DNA of 38,015 nt from Octopus bimaculoides (Eukaryota). A model generated the notes under the pieces. That model did no database searches. It had not been told where the DNA came from and worked only from the letters and a program-made list of their open reading frames with translations. The DNA lies in assembly GCF_001194135.2 (NCBI RefSeq), contig NC_068988.1, forward strand, positions 62,307,993 to 62,346,007, given 5' to 3'. Within the stretch, counting starts at the first letter, position 1. Every line of letters starts with the position of its first letter. Shown one piece after another: positions 37,218 through 38,015 of this stretch. The position numbers were made by a program, and so were the translations under genes.

Positions 37218-38015
37218 TAATTTTGAAAAATGGATATTCAGAAGAGAATATTCTGTTATCGTATTTAATGAAATGTGTATTAATTATCAGAGATGGTGTA
37301 TAGAATTAATTATCTAATGTCTTGGGAAATAAATTAAATCTTTATTAAATAGCAATATTTTATGTCGATATTTATTAAAAAAAAAACACACAAAACTAAA
37401 ACACCAATTTCTTTTCGTGCCACTAACACCGAATTTTAAATTCTTTTGCGCATTGATTCATGCAAACAAGCGTCTATACAATTATGTACACGAACAAGAA
37501 TACAAACTCATAAGCAAAATACAAACTCATAAGCAGAGACGCGTCTTTTTTTTTTCTTAATAATACATATGTCCACTTAAACATGAAAAATCATATTCGA
37601 TTACACAGACTGTTACATACACCCACTCAGACCTACTTCACACATACACACGCGCACACAAATATAATTTGGTTATGAGAAAGCACTTTTAGGAGAACAC
37701 ACTAAGCTTTTACTGTCGATGTAAATATATTTAGAGAGCAGCGTACATTTTATTTTTAAGAACGGTTTGATGGGTCTTCATGTTTCGATGTCGGCTACTT
37801 TTTTACGTCGTATATTTTTTAACAGTTCGAATAGTTTCCTATTTATATAAGTAATGTGGAGCTGAGTCAACATGTTCTTATATTTTATTAATACAACTTA
37901 ACCAGCTAAATGTTTAGAGTACTATATTCTTTTGTTATTTACCTAATTGTATAAATACATACATAATATGTGTATGTATATATACAAATATAAATAACAT
38001 ATATATATATATATA

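Noticed and set aside
37499-37535. 19-nt-period tandem duplication aatacaaactcataagca x2
   Set aside because: Ordinary local slippage duplication.
1-38015. CRISPR array, operon or other prokaryotic system
   Set aside because: No regularly spaced repeat-spacer array or compact gene clusters; the sequence is eukaryotic repeat-rich DNA.

Overview
This is AT-rich eukaryotic non-coding DNA. From recalled SINE families and the dense microsatellites it looks like an Octopus genome (inference, not database-checked). It has seven N gaps, six of them flanked by microsatellites. I cannot support any host protein-coding gene, rRNA, tRNA or CRISPR array, and most ORF-track entries are microsatellite or N-gap artefacts. 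The window is a mosaic of three tRNA-derived SINE families (my labels: SINE-A, SINE-B, SINE-C), a mariner-derived MITE and decayed retroelement coding relics. The relics are an R4/Dong-like RT plus restriction-like endonuclease (~6060-7520, +), three Penelope-like element (PLE) pieces (10745-11104 +, 20331-22440 -, 34197-34476 -) and a probable LINE APE-endonuclease relic. The strongest signal is a type I hammerhead ribozyme on the minus strand at 20375-20484. It has an intact catalytic core, a palindromic helix III and an unusually large 77-nt domain II, and lies ~400 nt downstream of a Neptune-type PLE ORF. A second, decayed minimal hammerhead lies in another PLE end (34286-34321). A perfect 21-bp hairpin sits at 30937-30985.
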